From Eutreptiella sp. 'Long Island Sound 2002' (Eukaryota > Protista > Euglenida): DNA of 64,000 bases. The stretch covers positions 9,176,001 to 9,240,000 of the forward strand of contig OZ038378.1 of NCBI GenBank assembly GCA_964036045.1, read 5' to 3'. Below, piece by piece: positions 63,690 through 64,000 of the stretch. The notes below the pieces were generated by a model that saw nothing but the letters and a program-made list of their open reading frames with translations, searched no databases and had not been told where the DNA came from. How positions within the stretch are numbered: position 1 is the first letter of the stretch; every line of letters starts with the position of its first letter. The position numbers and the translations under genes are program-made.

Positions 63690-63830
63690 CCCCCGTCCCC
63701 CTTGTCCGAGCGGTAAAATGACCAAAAGATGCGGAAACAGCGCCCTATGCTTCGGACATGGCGCTGTTTGCGCGCAAGAGCACACGAGCGATACTGCAAT
63801 AGCCTTCAGCACTGAATCAGAAAGGAATGT
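63690..63830 (+). repeat. Second copy of the interspersed repeat at 50526-50675
   Basis: See 50526-50675. Confidence 0.85.
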
Positions 63831-64000
63831 TTGCCTCAGTCCATTGTCATTAGAAGAGAAACTGGCCTTAAGGGTCACATGCATGACCTGCCGGAGGGCA
63901 TGACAATTGGCATTGCCTTGCTGCAATCCCACTCCTGATTTGCAGAGACAAAGCCGTCGGGCTAATTGAGCTGCAACCCTCTGAATCCGGATATAGGACT

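Noticed and set aside
1-64000. Fanzor/TnpB or another RNA-guided nuclease next to the arrays
   Set aside because: No RuvC or TnpB zinc-ribbon motifs recognised in any listed ORF; a heavily decayed copy cannot be excluded without an HMM search.

Overview
Repeat-dense eukaryotic DNA. There are no operons, rRNA genes, CRISPR arrays or Cas genes, and the organism cannot be established from sequence alone. Host coding sequence lies on the minus strand: an uninterrupted ORF with two tandem universal-stress-protein (USP) domains (16363-17604), and at least 11 phase-compatible GT-AG exons between 25050 and 63550 encoding a helical/coiled-coil protein I cannot name. The USP ORF may be the last exon of that gene. 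The rest is mostly transposon debris: (i) two internally deleted PIF/Harbinger-ISL2EU-like DNA transposons with matching TIRs, exact 3-bp TSDs and a C-terminal B-box-like Cys/His finger (11866-13228, 40679-42355); (ii) a related TIR element splitting a LINE reverse transcriptase (9761-11018); (iii) two RNase H-bearing LINE remnants; (iv) two KDZ-like transposase remnants; (v) a MITE with an 8-bp TSD; (vi) two tRNA-like heads; (vii) many satellites. The most unusual signal is a ~33-bp double-hairpin core (GGCTACATCACCCCTGCCTTCTCGGGGTCCCCA). It recurs in five arrays with different linkers (53, ~85 and 170 bp units), three of them inside TIR-bounded elements. All protein calls come from motif recognition by eye; no searches were run.
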